A stretch of DNA of 64,000 nt, from NCBI GenBank assembly GCA_052168235.1, contig JBQLZK010000004.1, forward strand, positions 96,001-160,000. Direction: 5' to 3'. Below, piece by piece: positions 29,517-38,127 of this stretch (positions within the stretch are counted from its first letter, which is position 1; every line of letters starts with the position of its first letter). The position numbers and the translations under genes are program-made. The DNA comes from Thainema sp. (GTDB lineage: Bacteria; Cyanobacteriota; Cyanobacteriia; Phormidesmidales; Phormidesmidaceae). The notes beneath the pieces are model-generated. The model did no database searches. It was not told the origin of the DNA and saw only the letters and a program-made list of their open reading frames with translations.

Positions 29517-32500
29517 TCATTCATCAATGCGACCAAATAATGTAAATGCGGCCCAGTTGACGGGTTGAGGATAAGCTGATCGCGTAGCCAGCATGGCCTG
29601 ACGCAGAGCAACCGCTCGGTTGGGGTTTTGCTGGAGCGCCTGATAAAACTCCGTCATCAGCAAAGCCGTCGGTTCATCCGGCACGGCCCATAGCGAAACA
29701 ACCACATTTTCTACACCTGCCGTCAGAAACGATCGCGACAGGCCCAAAACGCCATCGCCCGTAATGTTGCCGCGTCCGGTATTGCAGGCACTGAGTACCA
29801 CTAATCGCGCTGGAGTGGGCAAAGCGAAAATTTCGGCAGTCGTGAGAAAGCCATTATCGTCTGGTGTTGGAGCTAAGGCTAAGGCTCCAGGAATACCCGT
29901 GCCGAAATCATCCAGTAACCCATGCGTTGCAAAATGTGCGATCGCAACTTCACTCAGTTGCTCGACAATTACCGCTTTGGTTGCCGCTGCGCCGATCAGC
30001 GGTTCGGTGTTCAAAATTGGCGCGATATCTAATGCCTCTTGCTCCGCACCGGATAAGGGGGGGAGGGGTGAGCGAGTCGATGGATCATTGGGCATAATCG
30101 GGTTGCCGACGACCAAGGCCGGATCGGTGCCGATGTGGAGCGGTTCGCGCTGGGTAGGGTTGGTCACGAGCAGACTAATGGCTGGAGCCAGCAGCAGCGA
30201 GTGGTTTTCAATCAAGTCCGTCCCGTTGGCATCTGCCAAGGCGGGAAACGGCACCAAGAACAACTCGCCTTGGGGAATAATGATAACCGGCACATCTGGC
30301 TCGGTGGGCAACAGTTCAGCAATGGGTTCAACGAGTAACTGATAGAGCTGTTGGCGATTCGCCTGATCAGCTGCTGCAAGGGCTTCAACGGTTTCAGGGT
30401 TGATCGCAGGTGTATCGTCATTTTGCACAACGGCAATGCCGCGATCGCGCACGCCCAACGCTAGCCGATTGTCCGTTACCCAATCTGCGATCGCTTTTCC
30501 ATCGAGGGACTGCTGCCGAAAATGGATTTCACCCGTGGGTTGAACAACCCAGATATAGACCTCTTCGTCAACGAGAGAATATTCAACCAGCGTGGCATTT
30601 TGGGCCTGGGCAATTTGCTGAATTTGGTCAATCGTGGGTGGTTCAAACTGATCCGATGGCGGGGTCTGTCCTTGGAGGGCCAAACGGTGGGCCAGCAGTT
30701 CGGCAAAGGCTCTGGCTCGGCCTCGTTCCGAGATTTCTAGCGCCGTTGCAATGTTTGTTTGATCAACTAACGCCTGTTGCAACAAGCGGTAAGTACTGGC
30801 TTGCGCTTCCGCCAGCGAGATTTTGTCTTCGTCGGTCAGACCCGGTCGCAGCGATTCCCAGAGGGCAACAGCCGCTTGCAGGGCTTCCACTGCCGCTGTC
30901 TGTTGGCCTGTCTGCAACAGCAGTTCACCCATTGCGTTTAGGGTTTCACCTTCGCCCGCCGCATCGCCAATCGCCTGCTGAACTTGTCTCGCCTGTCGAT
31001 ACTGGTCGATTGCTGTGGTTGAATCGCCCAAGCTAGCAGCCAGATCGCCCAGATTTTGCAAACTGCGTCCCGTTCCGGCTGGATCATTCTGAGCTTGGGT
31101 CAGACCAAGCGCTTTTTCCAGATACAGTCGAGCTTTTTCGGCATCACCCAGGCTGAGATAAGCTTCCCCAACCCGGTTGAGCGCTCTGGCTTCTCCGGCT
31201 GGATCGTTGCCACGCCGATAGCTGGCAAGGCTCTGCTTGGCAAACCGCAGCGCTGCCGCCTGATCGCCCGTTTTGCTGTAGGCCAACGCTAAGCTGCTGA
31301 GGATAATGCCCTCGCGCGGTTCCGGTCGCCGCCAACTGCGATCGCGATTGGTCAAATTCTGATGAATGGCCAACGCCTGCTGAAGTAAATCCAGCGCCTT
31401 CTCGGTTTGGCCCAAACGAATATAGGTCACGCCCAAATTCGTCAGCGTCTCGCTTTCCCCCTGCGGATCGCCTACCGTTTGGCGAATGTTGGCGCTTTGC
31501 TGATAGTAGTCCAGGGAATTTGCATACTGCCCCATCTCGTCATAAACGTTGCCAATCCGATCCAGCGTATCGCTCACTCGGAGCTGATCGCCGCTCGATT
31601 CATACACTTGAAGCGCTGTCTGAAACGTCGCCAATGCCGCCGCAAATTCACCCTGATCCATCTGCTGCTCACCCAAGCGATACAGGTCAGCCGCATCATC
31701 CGTGAATAAACAAACCGTAGCCGGACGAATCGGACAGGTTTTACTCGAAAGCGGATTGTCCCTCAGATTCAGCTCCGCTAGATTTTTCAGCGCCGCCAAC
31801 CCCTCAACCTGAGAAATTTGGTTATCGCTCAAATCCAGCTCAACTAAGCGATTCAGCAACGCCAACGGTTCAGAATCGGCAATACGATTATGGGCTAAGT
31901 CGAGGTTTGTAAGCCGAAGTTGCGATCGCAGTTCCTCAACATCCGTAATCTGATTTTGAGCTAGATAGAGTTCCGCCAAGTTGGGCAAGTTAGCTAATGG
32001 TTCAACTGACGAGATTTGGTTGTTGTTGGCATAGAGAACAGTTAGCGATCGCAGATTGTCTAAGGGGCTTAAATCCTCAACTTGATTATTATCTAAATAC
32101 AGCGTTGTAAGGTTTTGTAAATTAGCAATTGGGCTTAAATCTGTAACTTGATTATCTAGTAAATACAGATGAGTTAAACTCGTCAAATTTTCTAATGGGC
32201 TTAGATCAGAAATCTGATTTTGACCTAAATAGAGAGACTGCAATTGAGGCAAATTAGATATCGGAGCAAGGCTGCTAATTTGGCGATTCGTTAAATCCAA
32301 CATGGTCAAACTGAGCAGTTGATTATTAGCTTTTTGGCAATCTTCTCCACCTGCAATTTCCAATAAAACTGAAACTGTATGCTGCTCTGCTTCAGGTAAT
32401 TGATCCTGCTGGATACACCAATCAAGAAACTGAGTAAATTCCTGTGCGTTTGCTCGTGAATAAGCAGAGGCACTAGCTGAAAATAGCAGCACTGCTGGAG

Positions 32501-32531
32501 CCGTTTGAAGTAGCTGCTTTATCCTTAACAT
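29517..32531 (-). CDS. Signal peptide + internalin-like LRR + TPR + CHAT (caspase-like) protease
   Basis: About 9 LRRs (LxxLxLxxNQIxDL), about 7 TPRs, and a CHAT domain with HFATHG and LVVLSACNTG catalytic motifs, SLWAV and WAAF. Confidence 0.9.
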   Translation of the reverse strand: MLRIKQLLQTAPAVLLFSASASAYSRANAQEFTQFLDWCIQQDQLPEAEQHTVSVLLEIAGGEDCQKANNQLLSLTMLDLTNRQISSLAPISNLPQLQSLYLGQNQISDLSPLENLTSLTHLYLLDNQVTDLSPIANLQNLTTLYLDNNQVEDLSPLDNLRSLTVLYANNNQISSVEPLANLPNLAELYLAQNQITDVEELRSQLRLTNLDLAHNRIADSEPLALLNRLVELDLSDNQISQVEGLAALKNLAELNLRDNPLSSKTCPIRPATVCLFTDDAADLYRLGEQQMDQGEFAAALATFQTALQVYESSGDQLRVSDTLDRIGNVYDEMGQYANSLDYYQQSANIRQTVGDPQGESETLTNLGVTYIRLGQTEKALDLLQQALAIHQNLTNRDRSWRRPEPREGIILSSLALAYSKTGDQAAALRFAKQSLASYRRGNDPAGEARALNRVGEAYLSLGDAEKARLYLEKALGLTQAQNDPAGTGRSLQNLGDLAASLGDSTTAIDQYRQARQVQQAIGDAAGEGETLNAMGELLLQTGQQTAAVEALQAAVALWESLRPGLTDEDKISLAEAQASTYRLLQQALVDQTNIATALEISERGRARAFAELLAHRLALQGQTPPSDQFEPPTIDQIQQIAQAQNATLVEYSLVDEEVYIWVVQPTGEIHFRQQSLDGKAIADWVTDNRLALGVRDRGIAVVQNDDTPAINPETVEALAAADQANRQQLYQLLVEPIAELLPTEPDVPVIIIPQGELFLVPFPALADANGTDLIENHSLLLAPAISLLVTNPTQREPLHIGTDPALVVGNPIMPNDPSTRSPLPPLSGAEQEALDIAPILNTEPLIGAAATKAVIVEQLSEVAIAHFATHGLLDDFGTGIPGALALAPTPDDNGFLTTAEIFALPTPARLVVLSACNTGRGNITGDGVLGLSRSFLTAGVENVVVSLWAVPDEPTALLMTEFYQALQQNPNRAVALRQAMLATRSAYPQPVNWAAFTLFGRIDE

Positions 32532-33664
32532 CTAGATCGCTCTCCACTTGGCAGAATGGCATTGCATAAGTTTGCGCCTTGTAGATTCGCCCCTTCTAAA
32601 TTCGCATTTGTTAGAATTGCCGATTCCAAATCAGCATTGGCCAAATTTGTATTACTCAAGTCAGCATTCTCTAGGCTGGCTCCGACTAAGTCCGTATTTT
32701 TTAGATTTGCGCCAGATAAATTCGCTCCTTCTAAGTAAGCTCCAACCAAATCTAATCCACTGAGATCAATTCCAGTAAGATTACATCTCACACAATCATA
32801 TCTAGCTTGCAATCGTCTCAAATTCACAGCCTGCTCAAGTGCAGCCAAGTTTGCTTCTTCAATAGGATTATTCTCAAGATCAAGTTCAATTAGCTGATCT
32901 AAATTCGAGAGCGCATCAACTTGAGCGATTTGATTTGAATCGAGCTGTAAATTAGTCAGGTTCTCCAAACTGATTAGCGGCTCAATATCAGAAATTTGAT
33001 TGTTGTCCAACACTAGAATCTGTAAATTTGTCAGCTCAGATAAACCATTAATTTCTGCAATTTGATTCTTGGGTAGATAGAGCTGAGCCAAGTCAACCAA
33101 GTTCCTTAATTCCTGCAAGTTTTGAATCTTGTTGTTGCCCAAATCTAGTCCAACTAAATTTGTCAATGCTGCTAATGGTTGCAAATCTTGAATATCATTT
33201 TGATTGGCATACAGCTTTTGCAAATTCGTGAGTTGAGCCAGAGGACTGAGATCTGAAACCGAATTGTTATCGAGCGACAGCACCCGCAGATTGGTCAGAC
33301 TATACAGTGGCGTGATGTCAGTAATTTGATTGCTGCCCAAGTACAGCTCAGTCAACTGAGTGAGTGAAGCCAACAGGCTCAAATCCTGAAGCTGAGCATT
33401 ATTCACGGTCAGCGTTGTGAGACTAATCAAAAACTGACCCGCCTCCTGGCAGTCCGACGTTTGCGCGACTTGGAGCAGGGCATCAAGCGTCTGTTGTGCA
33501 GAAGGAGCGAGGGTTTCCCGCTGCTGGCATTGGGTAGCAAAGTCCGAGGCATGGGCTGCTTGTGGAGTAGTGAGGAGGATGAGAAGCGCGATCGCACTTC
33601 CACACCATTTCCACTGCCCAAGTTCAGGTTGAATCCATTGGCTTTGATGATTCCCCATGCCCAT
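32525..33664 (-). CDS. Signal peptide + internalin-like LRR + pentapeptide repeat protein
   Basis: AHA cleavage site, Cys N-cap, about 9 LRRs, then CVRCNL followed by ANL repeats. Its stop overlaps the next start (ATGTTAA). Confidence 0.88.
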   Translation of the reverse strand: MGMGNHQSQWIQPELGQWKWCGSAIALLILLTTPQAAHASDFATQCQQRETLAPSAQQTLDALLQVAQTSDCQEAGQFLISLTTLTVNNAQLQDLSLLASLTQLTELYLGSNQITDITPLYSLTNLRVLSLDNNSVSDLSPLAQLTNLQKLYANQNDIQDLQPLAALTNLVGLDLGNNKIQNLQELRNLVDLAQLYLPKNQIAEINGLSELTNLQILVLDNNQISDIEPLISLENLTNLQLDSNQIAQVDALSNLDQLIELDLENNPIEEANLAALEQAVNLRRLQARYDCVRCNLTGIDLSGLDLVGAYLEGANLSGANLKNTDLVGASLENADLSNTNLANADLESAILTNANLEGANLQGANLCNAILPSGERSRC

Positions 33665-33852
33665 CTCCCGAGAAGAGTACTGTGAAGGCTAATTAAGTCC
33701 TATTTCAGTGCTGTAAAACGATCCGGAATTCTGCGATCGCAAAGTGTAAATCTTATGCAAACTATTGGCTCACCTTGAACTCTGTTGATCAATATCAGAT
33801 ATCATCCAAAACCATCGCATCGGGCTGCATTGCAACAAATTGCTTGGATATA

Positions 33853-33949
33853 TAAGTAGCTGCACATAAATATTTAAAAACCTGGGGGAGCGCCCCTCAG
33901 GGGCGCTCCCCCAGGTTTTTAAGTGCGTTTATTCATGCCAACCTACTTA
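33853..33949. mobile_element. MITE-like element, family D (TAAGTAG...CTACTTA) with 23-bp central stem
   Basis: Terminal inverted repeats. Stem 33874-33896/33900-33922, CCCC-TCA-GGGG apex. Confidence 0.7.
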
Positions 33950-34018
33950 TCTAAACCGGATTTGAACCGGATATACCGGAAACGAACCCATTCAATATCA
34001 AAAATTTGATGTACCGTA

Positions 34019-35500
34019 ATGAACCAGCCTTCCCGTCGGTTGAACTATCGTCATTGGCAGCGAGCAACAGCCGCTTTAGCCTGTTTGGCCATCTTCGCGA
34101 CATTGCCAACCCGTGCATCCACACCCGAACAAGCCAGCATTGACGACATCTTGGGCAACAGCAGCGAACTGCTGATTCGGCGCAGCGGTCGGCGAGAATC
34201 AGCCCAAACGGGTTCGGTGCTGCAACAGGTGCGCGATGCGCTAGTCACCGTGCCGCCCAATAATGCCCGTGCCCTGCTGCGGTTTCTGTCTGGCAGCGGC
34301 GACGACCTGAACATGTACATGCAGACCAATCCCCATCCGGAGTCAGCCATTTACTACTTCCCCTGCCAGGTGCGCGGCGGCGACTACATTATCGGCTGGG
34401 GGCTGGCTCGCAACGAGTCGCGGGGTTGCGAAACGGGGCTGCAAGTCGTGCGCGGCGGCAGCACCAGCGCTCAGCTTCCCAACCCATCGCCTACGGCAGC
34501 GCTGGAGTCACCACCGGAATCAGCCCTCATGCTGGCGAACAAGCAACTGGCTCAAGCGGGTGCTCGCCAAATCTTCTGGTGCAGCACCGCAAGCAGCAGC
34601 GGCAGCGTTAACTTTGCCACCTCATCCGCCAGCGATCCCTGTACAACTGCCCTCCAAGACTGCCCAGACGGTAACTGCGAAGTTCTCACCACGGGATTCT
34701 GGTGGACGAATGAAGCAAACCTCCAGGCAACGCTAAGTTGTGCCAATGAGCAATCCTTCTCGGTGACGGGTACAGGGGAATCACTGGCCGACCAAATTCC
34801 CGGCCTGCTCCAGCATGGACAGGGTCAGGCTTGCAGCCTGCAAGTCTTGCGCCCCCAGGATTTTGTCATTGTGCCCGCACCGGATGATGTCGTGACTGCA
34901 ATGGGCGACGATGAGATTTTGGTGCAAACGCGGGAAACGGCTGATGGATTGCGTGTGGATGTCCTAAAAGGTGCAATCAACGTGCGATCAACCGATCAGG
35001 CGGAACCGAGATTACTCCGAGAAGGCGAGCGATATGTCCATACCGAATCCGGCAGCACGCAAACTACGTTTGACCGTAACGAGGCTCTAACCTCAATCGA
35101 TATGGAAGTGCTCTGCGCCTTTGCCTCCTATCCAGACAACAATCTCAACGTCTCCGCTTGCAATGAAGCCAATTTAGGCGCAGTCAGTACCACAACGACA
35201 GGTGGTTCAGTGGCATTTTGCGATCGCGAACAGGCCAGCGGAGGTCAAGAGGGCGATCAGCGCACGGTACAAATGGGTAGCAATCGCGGCGAAATCGAAA
35301 TTGAGTATGAAATGTACGGCGTACCAGATCGGTTGCAGATCATCTACGAGGGTAAAGAGCTGCTCAATACGGGATTCGTCTCAGGCAACAACCGCGTTTC
35401 CGTGCCGTTTGAGGGCAAATCCGGTCGGGTTGAAGTGATTATCACAGGTAATCAACAGGAATCAGGTACGCAATGGGACTACACGCTGTATTGTCCGTAG
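34019..35500 (+). CDS. Exported Cys-rich protein with split FecR-like beta domain and C-terminal beta-sandwich domain
   Basis: Signal peptide. GSVL...DALVT...ARALLRF and LRVDVLKGAINV...LREGERY FecR-like segments. Paired Cys residues. C-terminal YEMYGVPDRLQI.YEG...TGFVSG...TQWDYTLYCP. Confidence 0.65.
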   Translation: MNQPSRRLNYRHWQRATAALACLAIFATLPTRASTPEQASIDDILGNSSELLIRRSGRRESAQTGSVLQQVRDALVTVPPNNARALLRFLSGSGDDLNMYMQTNPHPESAIYYFPCQVRGGDYIIGWGLARNESRGCETGLQVVRGGSTSAQLPNPSPTAALESPPESALMLANKQLAQAGARQIFWCSTASSSGSVNFATSSASDPCTTALQDCPDGNCEVLTTGFWWTNEANLQATLSCANEQSFSVTGTGESLADQIPGLLQHGQGQACSLQVLRPQDFVIVPAPDDVVTAMGDDEILVQTRETADGLRVDVLKGAINVRSTDQAEPRLLREGERYVHTESGSTQTTFDRNEALTSIDMEVLCAFASYPDNNLNVSACNEANLGAVSTTTTGGSVAFCDREQASGGQEGDQRTVQMGSNRGEIEIEYEMYGVPDRLQIIYEGKELLNTGFVSGNNRVSVPFEGKSGRVEVIITGNQQESGTQWDYTLYCP

Positions 35501-35578
35501 ATGATTTGTAGATTGATAGCCGTGATTGAGGGTGCGATCGCAATTCCCAAATGTACGTCACCCAAATCTAATCATTCC

Positions 35579-35645
35579 GTAAGGGTGGGTTTTGTTCACC
35601 AATTTTGATTTAGACCGATCACCTAACGGCTAAATCCGCCCCTAC
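35579..35645. repeat. GTAG-type REP pair (REPIN-like), inverted relative to 7510-7575
   Basis: GTAAGGGTGGGTTTTG...TAAATCCGCCCCTAC. Confidence 0.7.
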
Positions 35646-35713
35646 AAATGGTCGGCATCGAAAACAGAACTTGTTTCTTTAAACCAATAAATCTGACATT
35701 AACCAGTACTGAT

Positions 35714-37159
35714 ATGAAACGTTCTACCCGTTTTTTTCTAATTGCACTGAGCGCCCTGCTGTTTACCTGCTGGGGTGGGCCGCTGTCGCTGCGGTTCAGC
35801 TCTCCCGCTTATTCTGTTCCGCCACCGTTCGAATTGGCGCAGTCTTCCCTGGCGGCCAATCGGCTAGCAACGTTTGTTGAAGCCGATCAGCTTTATCGTC
35901 AAGGCAACGTGGCGGCGGCAGAAGATCTCTACCGTCAGGTGAAACCGGAATTTGCCACCCACTCTTTCTCGGAAGTACCAGAACCGATTTACGAACCGGA
36001 AGCCCTGGCAGCGGAAAATGCGGCCTACTGGACAACTGCCCAAACTGCGCTAGAAGCTGACGATGAAGTTGGTGCCGTTACCGCCCTACAGCAGCTCAAT
36101 GCCGCTCAACCGGAATTTATTCCAGGCTTATTGCAACTGGTCGAGCTGCTTCAGGAGAATGATCAGGAAGACGAAGCCCTCGCTGTCCTAGAACAAGCCG
36201 CAACTCTCTATCCCTATGCCGCTGATGTGGTGATGGCCCAGGTGCAGGCGCTGTCTGACGAAGGCGATCACTTAGAAGCTGCGATCGCAGCTCGCGAATT
36301 TGCGGTGCTCAACCTGGATCATCCTCAAGCCGGTGAGTTCGAAGAAATTGCCGAAGATGAACTTGATGAATTTACCGATTCCCGTAAGCGCGATTCCCTC
36401 TTGGGCGGCGCAGCCAGCATCATCGGCGGTCTGCTCTCTGGCGACCGTGTGCCCTGGGAATCCTGGGATTCTGCGGTAGAAACCTATGACATGGTGCAGC
36501 TCATGCTGTCGGATGAATCTGAATTTGGCGAAAAGATTGCCGAAGAGTACAAGCAGCAGCTTTCGCTGGTGGAAGACCCAGTCATCGTCGATTACGTTAC
36601 CCAACTGGGTTTAGAAGTGGCTCAACTGATGGGCCGCGATTTTGACTATGAGTTTTATGTGGTCAACGATAGCGCCATTAATGCGTTTGCCCTACCCGGT
36701 GGCAAAATCTTTGTGAATACGGGAGCCATCTTAGCCGCAAATTCTCAAGCTGAACTGGCAGGAGTCTTAGCTCACGAAGCCGCTCACGCGGTCTTCTCCC
36801 ACGGGATCCAAAGCTTTTTCAGAAATGACCTGCTCTCTCAATTTTCAGATGAAATCCCGATGGGAGAGTTCGTGACTGAACTGATCAGTATGCAATATAG
36901 CCGTGAGCAAGAACGAGATTGCGACATTCTCGGTAGCCGCGTTTTGGCAACCGCAGGATACGCCGCCGATGGTCTGCGCAACTTCATGGTGACGCTCAGC
37001 CAAAGTGCCCAGTCTGAGCAAATTGAGTTTCTATCGAGCCACCCTACGTCAGAATCCAGGGTTCAGTACATGGAAGAACTGATTCAGCGCAACGGCTACA
37101 ACCGCTATGCCTTGGAAGGGGTAGATAAGCACTTAGAAATTCAAGCGATGCTTGGATAA
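35714..37159 (+). CDS. TPR + M48 family zinc metalloprotease, exported
   Basis: INAFALPGG, LAHEAAH (HExxH), YSREQE, FLSSHP. N-terminal signal and TPR-like helices. Start is MKRSTR at 35714. Confidence 0.9.
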   Translation: MKRSTRFFLIALSALLFTCWGGPLSLRFSSPAYSVPPPFELAQSSLAANRLATFVEADQLYRQGNVAAAEDLYRQVKPEFATHSFSEVPEPIYEPEALAAENAAYWTTAQTALEADDEVGAVTALQQLNAAQPEFIPGLLQLVELLQENDQEDEALAVLEQAATLYPYAADVVMAQVQALSDEGDHLEAAIAAREFAVLNLDHPQAGEFEEIAEDELDEFTDSRKRDSLLGGAASIIGGLLSGDRVPWESWDSAVETYDMVQLMLSDESEFGEKIAEEYKQQLSLVEDPVIVDYVTQLGLEVAQLMGRDFDYEFYVVNDSAINAFALPGGKIFVNTGAILAANSQAELAGVLAHEAAHAVFSHGIQSFFRNDLLSQFSDEIPMGEFVTELISMQYSREQERDCDILGSRVLATAGYAADGLRNFMVTLSQSAQSEQIEFLSSHPTSESRVQYMEELIQRNGYNRYALEGVDKHLEIQAMLG

Positions 37160-37272
37160 ACTGAACTTTTTAGGCGGGCCTGTTGCTTTTGCGATGCGAT
37201 AACTATAGGCCCGCTTTTAGCTTAAGTAAAGCATTTGCTGTCGCTTGACGGCGTTTGGGGTTAATCCGTCTC

Positions 37273-38007
37273 TCAAAACTGAGCCTCTTTTTCTGCGACT
37301 ATTTGATCGTAGAAAATATAAGCATCCTTGTTGCTTTGATACTGAAAAATATCACCGTCGTATGCGACTCGGAATCGATTCAGTATCGGAGCAACACTTG
37401 GATCACCTGGACAAGTTCCTCCTGCATTGGAACGAACTGCGATCGCAAATCCAAACTCATCTTGACCTTCATCGTAAAAGGACACACATTCGATGCGATC
37501 GTAAAGGTGATCGTGCTCAAGACGATTGATCAACAAAGTTAGTGCATTGTCCCAGTTAGCAACGGAGCTGGGCGGACTGCTACCCGGATAATGACCATCA
37601 ATCAACGTCCATTGAATCTGACCATCATTAGAAACTCGATACTTTAGTAATATCTCTGCTGCAAAGTGTCCATCACTCACTTCTGCTAAAGCCCATTCTG
37701 AGTTGAGGAAATAAACTCTCTGAAAACGCGCCGTTCCACCCAAAACGCCTTGATAGGGAAGAAGAGAAGAATGATTAAGTAAATCAGCCCGTAGCTGTTC
37801 TATTGCTGATCCACTCCCTTGCAGCGGCAATTCTGACGTAGCCGTAGTAACTAAAAAATCAGACTCTAAGCTTGGACAACTTTCACAGTTCAAGGTTGGG
37901 CAGGCTGGACAGACTGGATCGGGAGTTTTCCTTGTTAAACCAATCAATAACAAAACAAAGCAGACGCTAGCCCACACTAATCGCTCACCCCAACGAATTT
38001 TGAACAT
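37273..38007 (-). CDS. Hypothetical exported/membrane-anchored protein with CxxC-x4-CxxC linker
   Basis: N-terminal TM, CPACPTLNCESCP, then two small globular domains. RBS GGAGG upstream. Confidence 0.7.
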   Translation of the reverse strand: MFKIRWGERLVWASVCFVLLLIGLTRKTPDPVCPACPTLNCESCPSLESDFLVTTATSELPLQGSGSAIEQLRADLLNHSSLLPYQGVLGGTARFQRVYFLNSEWALAEVSDGHFAAEILLKYRVSNDGQIQWTLIDGHYPGSSPPSSVANWDNALTLLINRLEHDHLYDRIECVSFYDEGQDEFGFAIAVRSNAGGTCPGDPSVAPILNRFRVAYDGDIFQYQSNKDAYIFYDQIVAEKEAQF

Positions 38008-38127
38008 TTTGCCACCTCCAACAGATTGAAGAGTTTATGTATCTGTTGGTTGCACTACTACTTACTATTGAAGCTCATGTTTGACTTCTAAATAGGTAAA
38101 TGTTACTAATTCTTGGCAAGAGTCAAA

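Noticed and set aside
29764..31709. Long antisense ORFs opposite the CHAT gene (and opposite psbD, der and others)
   Set aside because: These are shadow ORFs of well-supported genes with no independent evidence.
32520..32535. Frameshifted single gene joining the two LRR ORFs
   Set aside because: The downstream ORF has its own signal peptide and LRR cap, and the overlap fits translational coupling.
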